Positions 1 through 10,271 of a DNA stretch of 64,000 nucleotides are shown here, in pieces. This DNA comes from an uncultured Gemmatimonadales bacterium (lineage in GTDB: Bacteria > Gemmatimonadota > Gemmatimonadetes > Gemmatimonadales > GWC2-71-9). Position numbers and translations under genes: made by a program. The stretch covers positions 96,001 through 160,000 of the forward strand of contig CAWGED010000004.1 of NCBI GenBank assembly GCA_963821525.1, in the 5' to 3' direction. The stretch's first letter is position 1. Every line of letters begins with the position of its first letter. The notes beneath the pieces are model-generated. The model saw only the letters and a list, made by a program, of their open reading frames with translations, was not told the DNA's origin and made no database searches.

Positions 1-81
1 ACCGAGCCCAGTTCCGGTGCCATCATTCGCCTGGTCCACGAAATCGACAAGACCGGCACAATCATGGTAGTCGCCGAATGA
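1..81 (+). CDS. 3' end of an unknown gene truncated by the window edge
   Basis: Frame 1 is open from base 1 (TEPSSGAIIRLVHEIDKTGTIMVVAE) to TGA at 79-81, and the next gene starts 3 nt later. Confidence 0.55.
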   Translation, partial: TEPSSGAIIRLVHEIDKTGTIMVVAE

Positions 82-84
82 AGG

Positions 85-483
85 GTGCCAGCGTACGTGC
101 GGTTCTTGCGGGCGCCGGCGTTGCCGCCCTCCTCGGCTCTGGCCGCTGGATTTCTGCTCTGGCCGAAGCTTATCGCGAGCGGCGTGTTGAATCTCGAGCA
201 GTTCAATCATCGGGTGTTCTACATTCTGGCTGGCGCGCTTCCCGCTCTTCTGGGCGGCTACATCGCTGGACGGATGGCGCCCGACCGGCCGGTCGCGCAC
301 GGAATGGCGGTCGGGATTCTGCTCCTGATTCCCCTGCTGGTAGCCCTGCCTGCGGTGCTCAGGGCCTACCACCAGGTTCCCCAATCGCCTTTGCCCATCT
401 TGCTGGCCTGGGTCATGCGGCCGGTCGCCGGAGCGGCAGGGGCCTACCTGACCGGACGGGTCGAGACAGCTCCACCTTCATGA
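85..483 (+). CDS. Hypothetical membrane protein (about 4 TM helices)
   Basis: Hydrophobic segments; stop overlaps the next start (ATGA at 480-483). Confidence 0.7.
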   Translation: MPAYVRFLRAPALPPSSALAAGFLLWPKLIASGVLNLEQFNHRVFYILAGALPALLGGYIAGRMAPDRPVAHGMAVGILLLIPLLVALPAVLRAYHQVPQSPLPILLAWVMRPVAGAAGAYLTGRVETAPPS

Positions 484-1646
484 AGCGCGATTACGAGTTC
501 ATCGTGCTCGGTCTCGGCGGCCTGGGCTCCGGCGCGGCCTATTGGCTCTCGCGTGCCGCAGGGGCCGATGTGCTCGGCATCGAACAGTTCGAGCTGGGAC
601 ATTCCAGAGGAGAGTCGCAGGACCACTCGCGCATCATCCGCCTCTCCTATCACACGCCGGGCTACGTCGAACTTGCCAAACGAGCCTACGCCTGCTGGGC
701 CCAGGTCGAGCAGGACGGAAAAGAGCGCTGTGTGCTCAAGACCGGGGGACTCGACCTTGGCCCCGCCGGTGCCGCGATCTCCCTCGACACCTATCGATCG
801 AGCATGCGGTCTGCCGGAGTGCCATTCGAAGATCTGGATGCGGCCGAGATACGGTATCGCTGGCCGCAGTGGAGCATCCCCGAATCGGTTCAGGGCATCT
901 TTCAGCAGGACGGCGGTATCGCGATGGCGGCGCGGGCCAACGCGCAGCATCAACGACTGGCGCGGGAACATGGCGCGGCCCTCATGGAGCGGAGTGCCGT
1001 CACCGGAGTCCGCTCGGTCGGTGGCGAGGTGGAAGTCGTCGCGGCTGGAACCGCGTATCGCTGCCGCAGACTCGTGGTCGCAGCGGGGCCCTGGTCCAAC
1101 ACGGTGCTCGAATGGCTGGGCAGCTCACTCCCGCTCGAGATCACTCAGGAGCAGGTCATCTACTACTCGACTCCGCACCTGAAGGAGTTCGATCCTGCGC
1201 GATTCCCGGTCTGGATCTGGATGGACGATCCCTGCTACTATGGGTTCCCGGTCATGGGTGAAGCTGCGACCAAGGTCGCCCAGGATGCGGGAGGCCGGCC
1301 GGTGACCGCGGAGACGAGATCCTTCGACCCCGATCCCGACAACTTTGCTCGAGTGGATGCCTTCACCAGGAAGTACCTGCCGAAGGCGCATGGTCCGGTG
1401 TTGTACGTGAAGACCTGTCTCTACACTCTCACGCCCGATCGCGATTTCGTGATTGACGAGGTGCCGGGCCATGAGGGCATCTTCGTGGCAATTGGGGCGG
1501 GTCACGCTTTCAAGTTCGCATCCGTGATCGGAAGAATCCTGAGCGAGCTCGCCATCTCGGGTCAGTCCGAGAGCGACATCGGCCCGTTCTCGATCGAGCG
1601 GCCGATTCTGCGGGAGAAGGAACCGGCCAGGAGCTACATGGTGTGA
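480..1646 (+). CDS. solA: N-methyl-L-tryptophan/sarcosine oxidase family FAD oxidoreductase
   Basis: GLGGLG FAD motif, SRIIRLSY, TCLYTLTPD, GHAFKFA. True start is ATG 480, not 78. Confidence 0.85.
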   Translation: MKRDYEFIVLGLGGLGSGAAYWLSRAAGADVLGIEQFELGHSRGESQDHSRIIRLSYHTPGYVELAKRAYACWAQVEQDGKERCVLKTGGLDLGPAGAAISLDTYRSSMRSAGVPFEDLDAAEIRYRWPQWSIPESVQGIFQQDGGIAMAARANAQHQRLAREHGAALMERSAVTGVRSVGGEVEVVAAGTAYRCRRLVVAAGPWSNTVLEWLGSSLPLEITQEQVIYYSTPHLKEFDPARFPVWIWMDDPCYYGFPVMGEAATKVAQDAGGRPVTAETRSFDPDPDNFARVDAFTRKYLPKAHGPVLYVKTCLYTLTPDRDFVIDEVPGHEGIFVAIGAGHAFKFASVIGRILSELAISGQSESDIGPFSIERPILREKEPARSYMV

Positions 1647-2594
1647 GCGAATCAGCCGCGAAGCCCACCAACTCGTTCAGGCCCGGCGTCATCGCCCTGG
1701 CCGTGGCGCTGGGGTACGTCCTGCTTTGCGGGCTGTACATCGAGTGGTCCACCAGCCTTGCCGCTCGGTGGGCCGGCTCGGTAGATGAATTGGCGGCCTA
1801 CGAAATCGCGAAGGGGCTCACATTCGTCGCGGTGACCGGGATCCTTTTTTACCTGGTCACCTTCCTGCTGCTCAAGCGCATCGCCGCGCCAGGAGGACCG
1901 GCTGCGGCACAACGAATCCACTCTGGTGGCGGCGGACCGCAAGGCGATGGCGGGAGTCTTCGCGGGAGCGGTGGCGCACGACATCGGCAATACACTGACG
2001 GTCGCGAACTCCGCGATTGGCTGGCTCGAGGATGCCTCGATGACCGCGGAGGAGCGCGCGGCAGCGGTGTCGGATCTCAAGCGGGCGTCGCAGGAGCTGG
2101 CCCAGCTTTCCCGCCGCCTCGTGGCGCTCCAGGGCGGGACCCGGACCCCTTTCCCGCCCCAGGTCGGCCCGCTGGCGCCGGTGATCAAGGAATCGGTCCG
2201 CTTTGCTCAGGCTCATTCCAAGGTCCGCAGCTGCAAGTTCACCTACGCCCTGGACGAAACTGCCCGCGCTACCTTCGCGCCCATTACCGTGGGACGCATC
2301 CTGTTGAATCTGATTCTCAACGGTGCCGACGCCACGAATGGCAATGGAAAGATCCACATCCGGCTCTGGCAGAGTGACGGGCGGGTCCATCTGGAGGTGC
2401 ATGACAATGGGCCCGGTATCCCACCCGACATGCGCGACAAAGTCTTCGAGCCGCTTTACACCTCCAAGCCCGATGGAACCGGCCTCGGCCTCGTTTCGGT
2501 AAAGACGGCGGTCACGGATGAGCTTCGGGGTGAGATCTCCGTCATCGACTCGCCCTTCGGCGGGGCCTGTTTCCGGATCAGCCTTCCACGCTGA
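1643..2594 (+). CDS. Membrane sensor histidine kinase (frameshift near 1888)
   Basis: 2-TM N-terminus in one frame; H-box VAHDIGN, N-box, DNGPG and GTGLGL in the next frame. Confidence 0.85.
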
Positions 2595-2608
2595 GATATC
2601 ATTCCCTC

Positions 2609-3445
2609 ATGATGAGACGCCGCGATTTCTGCCGCACCACTCTGGCGGCCGCCGGAGCCTTGGCTTTCCCTGGCCTGATGCCCCGCATTCGGACCGGCGC
2701 CGGCGAACTGGACAGAATCGGGATTCAGCTCTATTCGCTGCGCGACCTCTTCCAGGTCGACATGGTCAAGACGCTGCGACAGCTCAACGCGATCGGCTAC
2801 GATGAAGTGGAGCTCGCCAGCTTCGGCCAGCGCACCGCCACCGAAGTCCGGGCCGCGCTCGACAAGACCCACCTGAGCGCCCCGTCCGCCCACGTGTCGC
2901 TCCAGGCCCTCCGGGAAAACCTGAGCCTGGTGCTGGGGAACGCCAAGATTCTCGAAGTGAAGTACATCGTCTGTCCCTGGATCGACGAGGAGTTCCGCAA
3001 TCCCGCCGGATATCGCCAGGTGGCCGCGATGCTCAACCAGGCCGGGAACGTGGCCCGGCGCGCCGGACATCTGATCGCCTACCACAACCAGGACTACGAA
3101 TTCGCCGAGGTAAATGGAGAGCGGGGTTACGACATCCTGCTGGAAGAGCTCGATCCCGAGGTGGTGAAGATGGAGATGGATATCTACTGGATCACCAAAG
3201 GCGGCGGCGACCCGCTGGCCTACTTCAAGAAGTACCCGGGCCGGTTCCACATGCTGCATTTGAAGGACATGGCAACCGACGGAAGCATGACCGGTGTGGG
3301 AACCGGGAAGATCGACTGGAAGCCCATCCTCGCAGCGTCGGGCAAGGCGGGAGTGCGTCACTACTTCGCCGAGCTGGATGATCCGGTCAACCCGATCAGC
3401 TTCGCCCGGGCGAGCTACGATTTTCTCAGAGAGATAAAGTGGTAA
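2609..3445 (+). CDS. Tat-exported sugar phosphate isomerase/epimerase (AP_endonuc_2 TIM barrel)
   Basis: RRRDF Tat motif, GIQLYSLR, YHNQDYEF, EMDIYW, HLKD. Confidence 0.88.
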   Translation: MMRRRDFCRTTLAAAGALAFPGLMPRIRTGAGELDRIGIQLYSLRDLFQVDMVKTLRQLNAIGYDEVELASFGQRTATEVRAALDKTHLSAPSAHVSLQALRENLSLVLGNAKILEVKYIVCPWIDEEFRNPAGYRQVAAMLNQAGNVARRAGHLIAYHNQDYEFAEVNGERGYDILLEELDPEVVKMEMDIYWITKGGGDPLAYFKKYPGRFHMLHLKDMATDGSMTGVGTGKIDWKPILAASGKAGVRHYFAELDDPVNPISFARASYDFLREIKW

Positions 3446-3448
3446 GGA

Positions 3449-3620
3449 CGTGAGAGGTGAGAGGTGAGAGGTGAGACGTGAGACGTGAGACGTGAGAAGG
3501 TGAAAGAGCGTGAGAAGTAAGAAGTGAGAAGTCAGAAGGAAATGCATGAGGTTCAGCCGGTTCAGCCAACACCCGTCTCACGTCTCACGCTGTCCCGTTC
3601 CCTGTTCCCGCGTTCCCGCT
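3449..3620. repeat. Heptamer tandem array (GTGAGAN)n with inverted GTCTCAC copies and GTTCCC-type repeats
   Basis: Directly visible between convergent genes. Confidence 0.9.
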
Positions 3621-3627
3621 TTTGGCT

Positions 3628-5677
3628 CTAGTTCCTGAGACTGAACGCCACCACGTAATCCCCAAACGTCGTTCCCAGGTCGCCGTGACCGCCCGCGGCG
3701 ATCAGCACATACTGCCTGCCATTGGCGGCGAAAGTCATGGGCGTCGCTTGACCTCCGGCGGGTAGCTTCCCCTTCCACAGCTCGGATCCGGTTTCCAGAT
3801 CGTACGCGCGCAGGTAGTTGTCCATCGCGGCGCCGATGAAGACCAAGCCGCCCGATGTTACCATCGAGCCCCCCATGTTGGGCGAGCCCCAGCGACCGGC
3901 CCAGGGTAACCACTTGAACTCGGGTATCCGGCCCAGCGGTACCTGCCAGCTTTGCTCTCCGGTGGCCAGATCGATCGCCAGCAGACTCCCCCATGGTGGC
4001 CGGTTGCATGGCAATCCCTTGGGCGAAGCCAGCATGCCGCGACTCATCCGGAACGGGGTCCCGATCTGGTTGCCGCTGCTGTCGCCGGGGGCGCGCTGCT
4101 CGAGCTTCACCCAGAGCGGGATACGAATCAGGTTGGTCACCAGTAAATGCTGCTGGGGAGACCAGCTCATTCCTCCCCAGGTCGTACCGCCCGCATAGCC
4201 GGGATACATCACGGTGCCTTGCAGGCTGGGCGGGGTGAAGAGCGGTCCGCTGCGCATCCGGTCGAACTCCGCGAGACACGCCTTCTTCTCACCCGGAGTC
4301 ACTCCCCAGACATCGCTGCGTTCGAGAGGAGCAGGAAACAGCGGCTTGGGTAATACCGGAAATGGCTGTGTCGGCGAAGCCTGCTCCCCAGGCACATCGC
4401 TGGCGGGGACCGGACGCTCCTCGACCGGAAAGAGCGGAGCGCCCGTGGCTCGGTCGAGAATGAAGATGTGCCCCATCTTGGTCGCGACCGCGACGGCAGG
4501 GACCTCGCGTCCATCTCGCGGAACCGTGATGAGCGAAGGCTGCGAGCCGACGTCGAAGTCCCACAGGTCGTGATGAACCACCTGGAAACTCCAGCGAACC
4601 TTGCCGGTCTTTGCGTCGAGGGCGACGACCGAATTGGTGTACCGGTTGTCGCCCGGCCTGAGGCCGGCGAAGAAGTCCGGCGCGGCTGAGCCGGTGGGGA
4701 CGAACACGAGACCCATGCTGGTGTCGGCCGAGATCGGCGCCCATGCGTTGCCGGCACCGGTCGTCGCGGCGGCTTCCTTCGACCAATGTTGATATTCGGG
4801 ATCCGCCGGGCTCCGGGGAATCGGATCGAAGCTCCACAGCTCGCGGCCGGTGCGCGCGTCGTAGCCCCGCACCGCGCCGTGCTCCATGTCCAGGCGCCGG
4901 TTGTCGCCGATAGAGGAACCGACGACGACGACGTCTCCCACGACCGCGGGTGGCGAGGTGACACCATACTGCCCCTCCTGCACTCGGCCGACCCCGACAT
5001 CGAGTCGAACCGTCCCCTGATCACCGAAGTCATCGCAGGGCTGGCCGGTCGCGGCGTCGAGCGCGATGAGGCGTGCGTCAACGGTGCCGAAGAAGATGCG
5101 GCTGTGGCAGGATTGCTGATTGCTTGATTGCCGATTGCTGATTGGGACTGGAAGAGGAACCAGCACATTCGGCAATTGTCAATCGGCAATCGTCCATCCA
5201 GTACGCCACTCCCCGGGAGACGAACCCCTCATTCCGCTCCAGATCGAGCTTGAGCTTGGGATCGTAACGCCACAATTCGCGCCCAGTGCTCGGCTCCAGC
5301 GCAATGACCCGGTTCAGCGGGGTGCTGAGGTAGAGCCGGTCCTCGGCGAGAATCGGAGTCGCCTCGAACTTGCTCTCGCCCGTGTGACAGCGGCCGCAGC
5401 CGCTCTTGGGTCCCTCGCTGTGATCGTCGTGGCTCGCATCCCCGGTCCGATAGGTCCACGCCACCTCGAGCCGCCCAATGTTGCCTCTGGTGATCTGACC
5501 GAGAGGGGAGTAACGCGAGCCACCCGGATCACCGCCATAGCTGCTCCACGGCGCGCCGCTGCCCAGCTCGCCGTCGGGTCCGCGGCGTCCGCTGCGCAAG
5601 GCAAGGAGTGCCACCGCTGAACCAGCGAGGGCGACCAACGCAAGCGACCTCCAGGGATGATCGAATCGAATCCGCAT
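3628..5677 (-). CDS. PQQ-dependent membrane-anchored glucose/quinate dehydrogenase family protein (frameshift at about 5125 inside a repeat insertion)
   Basis: YGGDPGGSRYSPL, EATPI, RGVAYW, HHDLWDFD, PPWG, GGQATPMT motifs across two frames. Confidence 0.88.
5111..5192. repeat. GATTGCN heptamer array with inverted CAATCGG arm inside the PQQ dehydrogenase CDS
   Basis: GATTGCT GATTGCTT GATTGCC GATTGCT ... CAATCGGCAATC. Confidence 0.9.
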
Positions 5678-5779
5678 CGGCCTGCTCGTCCGAAGGAGAC
5701 GATCACACGGTGCAAGGATCTGGTGTCGGAATCCAACGTTTGGTGATGGGCGGGTTCGTTGTGGTGACCAGCGGGAGCT

Positions 5780-6547
5780 TCAGGGTTGCTCACCCAGCGT
5801 GCCGGGCATTCGGTCGCGGAAGCGCCGGCTCAAAGTCAGGCGGGCTCCGCTCTCCAGCACGACGAGTTGATCGCCGTGGGACCAGGGTTCGAGATACCGG
5901 ATGCGATCCAGATTGACGATCACGGTGCGGTGAATCCGGGCGAAGCGGGCCGGGTCGAGTCGGGTCTCCACGAGTTTCAGCGTGCCGCGGACCAGGTGGA
6001 CAGCATCTTTGCCGTGCAGCTTGAGATAATTGCCCGCCGCCTCGATCCACTCGATCTCCTGAAGAGGCACCAGCCGGGAGCGGTCCCCTTCCTTAACGAG
6101 AAAGCGCTCCAGCCGCGGGCGGGAGCCGGCCTGCTCCAACGCCCGGTCGAGCCGCTCGGCCAAATCCTGGGCACGTCCGCTACTGAGCTGATGCCGAGCC
6201 CGCTCGATCGCCAGGTCGAACCGGTCCGGCGCGACGGGTTTGAGCAGGTAGTCGAGGGCGCCTCGTTCAAAGGCCTGGACCGCATAGTGATCGAAGGCAG
6301 TCACGAAGATGACGTAGGGCAGTGGTTCCTGACTGACAGCGGCCAGCACCTCGAACCCATCCAGCTCCGGCATCTGGATATCGAGCAACAGGAGGTCGGG
6401 GTTCGCGGTGTCGATGACCCGGACTGCCTCACTCCCGTCTCCGGCTTCCCCTACCAACTCCAGGGCTGGATGCCGGGCGAGAAACCCGCGGAGCTTGTCG
6501 CGGGCGAGCGGTTCGTCATCCACGATCACGGTTCGAATCGTCGTCAT
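5780..6547 (-). CDS. LytTR family response regulator
   Basis: REC domain (VDDEP, LDIQMP) plus LytTR (RIHRTVIVN). Confidence 0.93.
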   Translation of the reverse strand: MTTIRTVIVDDEPLARDKLRGFLARHPALELVGEAGDGSEAVRVIDTANPDLLLLDIQMPELDGFEVLAAVSQEPLPYVIFVTAFDHYAVQAFERGALDYLLKPVAPDRFDLAIERARHQLSSGRAQDLAERLDRALEQAGSRPRLERFLVKEGDRSRLVPLQEIEWIEAAGNYLKLHGKDAVHLVRGTLKLVETRLDPARFARIHRTVIVNLDRIRYLEPWSHGDQLVVLESGARLTLSRRFRDRMPGTLGEQP

Positions 6548-7645
6548 CGTCCGTTGTTTACTCCGATCGGCCGGGCAGGCAATTCAATCGTTGCCGCGAG
6601 CCCACCCTCCGGGCGATTGCTGAGCGAGAAACTCCCTGCTTCCCCGTAGAGCACGCGCAGTCGCTCCGAGGTATTGGAGAGCCCTACTCCGTTCTGTCCT
6701 GCCCCGGTTGGATCGCTCAGGCCCGGACCGTCATCCACGACCGAGAGCCGGAGCCGGTCACCCGATCGGAAGGCGGTGATCATCACTTCGGCCGGACCCG
6801 CTCGTTTCGCGGCGCCATGACGGAGCGCATTCTCCACCAGAGGCTGCAGAATGAGCCGGGGCACCGCGAGGTTGAGCGTTTCTCGCCTGGATCTCCTGCC
6901 GGATGGTGAGCCGCCCTCCGAAACGGAGCTGCATCGAGCTCGAGATACCAGCCCAGCCATTCGAGCTCGCTGTGCAAAGGCGCCTCGGGGTCCGGAGTGC
7001 GCGCAAAGGTGAGGCGCAACAGATCCGAGAGCCTGCCCAGCATGCGATCGGCCGCCTCCGGGTCGCGATACATCAGCGAGGAGATGGCGTTCAGGGTATT
7101 GAACAGGAAGTGCGGCTGGAGTTGCGCTTCGAGCCGCTCCAGGCGGGCCCGGTTGAGCTCTGCGGCGAGCTGAGCGGATTCGAGTTCGCGTCGCCTGGAC
7201 CTCTGATAGTACCGCCAGGCGTGGAGCACACCGATCAGGAAGGCCACATTGGGGCCGTTGATCGCAAACTCCATCGGGTACCGGTAGCGCATGATACCGT
7301 AGTCGTAGGGACCGAGGCCGGCGCAGGGGGAAGAGCACCAGGCGGCTGCCCCACATGAGCGTCGTGTGGACCAGGTCGGCAACGATCGACCAGCAAGGCA
7401 TAGGCTGGAAGCCGGCGGTACCAGTTCTCCCGTTCCAGGGGCCAGCGGTTCACCATCCAGACCAGCACGAGGAAGACCAGCGCCATCGCATAAGCACCGG
7501 TCAGCTCCTCGATCAGCCGCGCCTGGTAGGGGTGGTCGTGGCCGCGCGCCAGATCGTCGAGGTGGACATAGGCGAACTTCGACAGGCCGGCGAAGGTAAA
7601 AACTCCGAAGACCACGAGAAAGAACAACCAGCGGCGTCTGTTCAT
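6544..7645 (-). CDS. LytS/YehU-type sensor histidine kinase (several frameshifts)
   Basis: QLQPHFLFNTLNAI, LQPLVENALRHG, GVGLSN in different frames; TM N-terminus. Confidence 0.88.
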
Positions 7646-7732
7646 GATCGCGAATGTGGGGAGCGGGCGCGCGATGCGCCATGGCCAGTGGGCCGAGTGG
7701 GATCGGGGTGGTGACGAGCGGGATCGGAGGGA

Positions 7733-7849
7733 ATTCAGATTGAAGATTTCAGATTGAAGATTGACCGAATGGGCGCAGCAGTCGGACATTCCGGTGGGCC
7801 CAGAAAATGCCCTCACAAATCTTCAATCTGAAATCTTCAATCTTCAATC
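7733..7849. repeat. Inverted pair of GATTGAA/GATTTCA heptamer arrays enclosing the GMC gene start codon
   Basis: GATTGAAGATTTCAGATTGAAGATT ... AATCTTCAATCTGAAATCTTCAATC are perfectly complementary. Confidence 0.9.
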
Positions 7850-9542
7850 ACCGGACACCCCGGGACGACACCTACGACGTGTGCATCGTCGGCTCGGGCG
7901 CCGGCGGGGGCATGGCGGCCACATGCTGACCCGGGCCGGCGCCAAGGTCATCATGCTGGAAGCCGGCGCCGATGTGGGACAACACCAAAGACTCGGCGAT
8001 GCTCAAGTGGGCCTACGAGTCGCCGCGCCGGGGCATGAGCACCAAGACAGCGCTCCTTCGGCGAGTTCGACGCCGGATTGGGCGGCTGGGAATTGCCGGG
8101 TGAGCCCTTTACCAGGGCGGAGGGGACAGACTTCAAGTGGTTCCGGCTCCGGATGCTCGGCGGTCGCACCAATCATTGGGGACGCATCTCGCTCCGCTTC
8201 GGCCCCGATGACTTTCGCCGCCGGAGCATCGACGGCCTGGGTGATGACTGGCCGATCACCTATGACGATCTCAAGCCGTGGTACGACGAGGTAGATCGCC
8301 TGATCGGCTTGTTCGGCAGCGCCGAGGGCCTTCCCAACCATCCCGATGGCATCTTCCTCCCGCCACCGCGCCCCCGCTGTTATGAGCTCCTGGTCAAGCG
8401 TGCCTCCGATAAGCTGAAGATCCCCTGCATTCCCGCGCGGCTTTCTATCCTGACTCGCCCCCTCAACGGGCGATCGGGCTGCCACTACTGCGGCCAGTGC
8501 AGCCGCGGGTGTGCGGTGAATGCGAATTTCACCTCGCCGAACGTGCTGATCCTGCCTGCACTCGCGACCGGGCGAGCTGAAGCTGGTGACGGGCGCCATG
8601 GCGCGAGAGGTAACGCTCGATCGGAACGGGCGGGCGGACGGTGTGCTCTATATCAACAAGGCGGATGGAAGCGAGCAGCGAGTCCGTGCCAAGGTGATCG
8701 TCCTCGCCGCCAGCGCCTGCGAGAGCGCGCGCATCCTGCTCAACTCGAAATCGTCCAGCTTTCCCCAGGGGCTGGCCAACGGCAGCGGGGTGGTTGGGAA
8801 ATATCTCACCGACACCACGGGGACCGACGTCTCGGGCTTCATTCCGGCGATGGTGGACCATGTCCCCCACAACGAGGACGGCGTCGGAGGGGCTCACCTT
8901 TACATGCCGTGGTGGCTCGATAACAAAGGCCTCGATTTTCCCCGCGGATACCACATCGAGATCTGGGGTGGCCTGGGTGCCCCCGCATACGGATTCATGG
9001 ATGGGATCCAGGACTACCCCTCGGGCGGAGGTTACGGAAAGCGGCTCAAGGACGACTACCGGAAATACTACGGCGCCACGATCGGCTTCTCGGGCCGGGG
9101 AGAACAGATCCCCAATGAAGATTGCTATTGCGAGCTGGACCCGGAGGTAGTGGACCGCTGGGGCATCCCGGTACTCCGCTTTCACTGGAAGTGGGCCGAT
9201 TACGAGCTGAACCAGGTGAAGCACATGCAGGAGACTTTCCGCGCCCTGATCGCCGAGATGGGCGGTCAGGTCCAGTCTCAGATGCCCTCCAAGGAAAAAG
9301 GCTACGGCATCGCCATCGGCGGATCGATCATCCACGAGCTCGGCACGGTGCGGATGGGGAAAGACCCCGCCAGGTCGGCGCTCAATTCCTACTGCCAGGC
9401 GCACGAAGTGAAGAACCTCTTCGTCACCGACGGTGGGTCGTTCGTCTCTCAAGCTGACAAGAACCCAACCTGGACCATCCTGGCGCTGTCCATGCGTGCC
9501 AGCGACTACATCGTCAGGGAGAGGAAAGCGGGGAGGCTGTAG
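7807..9542 (+). CDS. GMC family flavin oxidoreductase (glycoside 3-dehydrogenase-like large subunit), several frameshifts
   Basis: YDVCIVGSGAGGG, LGGRTNHWGR, CHYCGQCSRGC, IHELGTVRMG, NPTWTILAL. Confidence 0.88.
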
Positions 9543-9543
9543 G

Positions 9544-9605
9544 GAATGGCGGAATGGCGGAATGGCGGAATTGGTGAATGGGTGAACGGTGAACAGGGAA
9601 CCGGA
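9544..9605. repeat. GGAATGGC/GGTGAAC tandem array
   Basis: Visible between the GMC gene and the next gene. Confidence 0.8.
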
Positions 9606-9615
9606 ACGGAGCCGT

Positions 9616-10206
9616 ATGGATGACCTGAGTCGTCGGGAAGCGGTTCAATTGATGGTCGGGATTCCTCTGCTAATAACGGGGGTCTCCCCAGAGACGATCC
9701 GTCGCGCTGCGGCGTTCGCCAGGACCGCACTGGCCGCACCAGCGCAAGCGGCTCCCGTGTTCTTCACGGCGCACGAGTGGCAAACCGTCAGAATCCTGGT
9801 CGATCTCATCATCCCCAGGGATGATCGCTCGGGAAGCGCCACCGATGCCGGCGTGCCCGAGTTCATGGACTTCATTCTGAACGATCAAGCCGACATGCAG
9901 GACCCGATGCGCGGGGGCCTGGCCTGGCTCGACAACGAGTGCCGGGACCGTTTTGGAAAGGCCTTCGTGGACTGCGGCGATGCCCAGCATGCGGCCGTGC
10001 TCGACGACATCGCCTGGCCGGCGAAAGCCCGCCCCGAGCTGAGCAACGGCGTCGAGTTCTTCAATCGAATGCGAGACCTGACTGCCTCCGGGTTCTTCTC
10101 CAGCAAGATGGGCGTCGAGGACCTGAAATACCTCGGGAACACGGTGGTGGCTGAGTGGAACGGCTGTCCACCGGCGGCGCTGGCCCGGCTCGGAGTGAAG
10201 TACTAG
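9616..10206 (+). CDS. Gluconate 2-dehydrogenase subunit 3 family protein (Tat)
   Basis: SRREA, FFTAHE, IIPRDD.SGSATDAGV, GFFSSKMG..L.YLGN. Confidence 0.9.
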   Translation: MDDLSRREAVQLMVGIPLLITGVSPETIRRAAAFARTALAAPAQAAPVFFTAHEWQTVRILVDLIIPRDDRSGSATDAGVPEFMDFILNDQADMQDPMRGGLAWLDNECRDRFGKAFVDCGDAQHAAVLDDIAWPAKARPELSNGVEFFNRMRDLTASGFFSSKMGVEDLKYLGNTVVAEWNGCPPAALARLGVKY

Positions 10207-10271
10207 ACCCTCACCGCCACCGCAGTCCGCCGCCCCTACCGAGAGCTGCGGAGCAACGAGAGATTCAAGCA

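Noticed and set aside
78..479. N-terminal extension of the 522-aa ORF and the many long antisense or overlapping ORFs
   Set aside because: These are shadow ORFs expected at high GC; recognisable motifs lie in the annotated frames.
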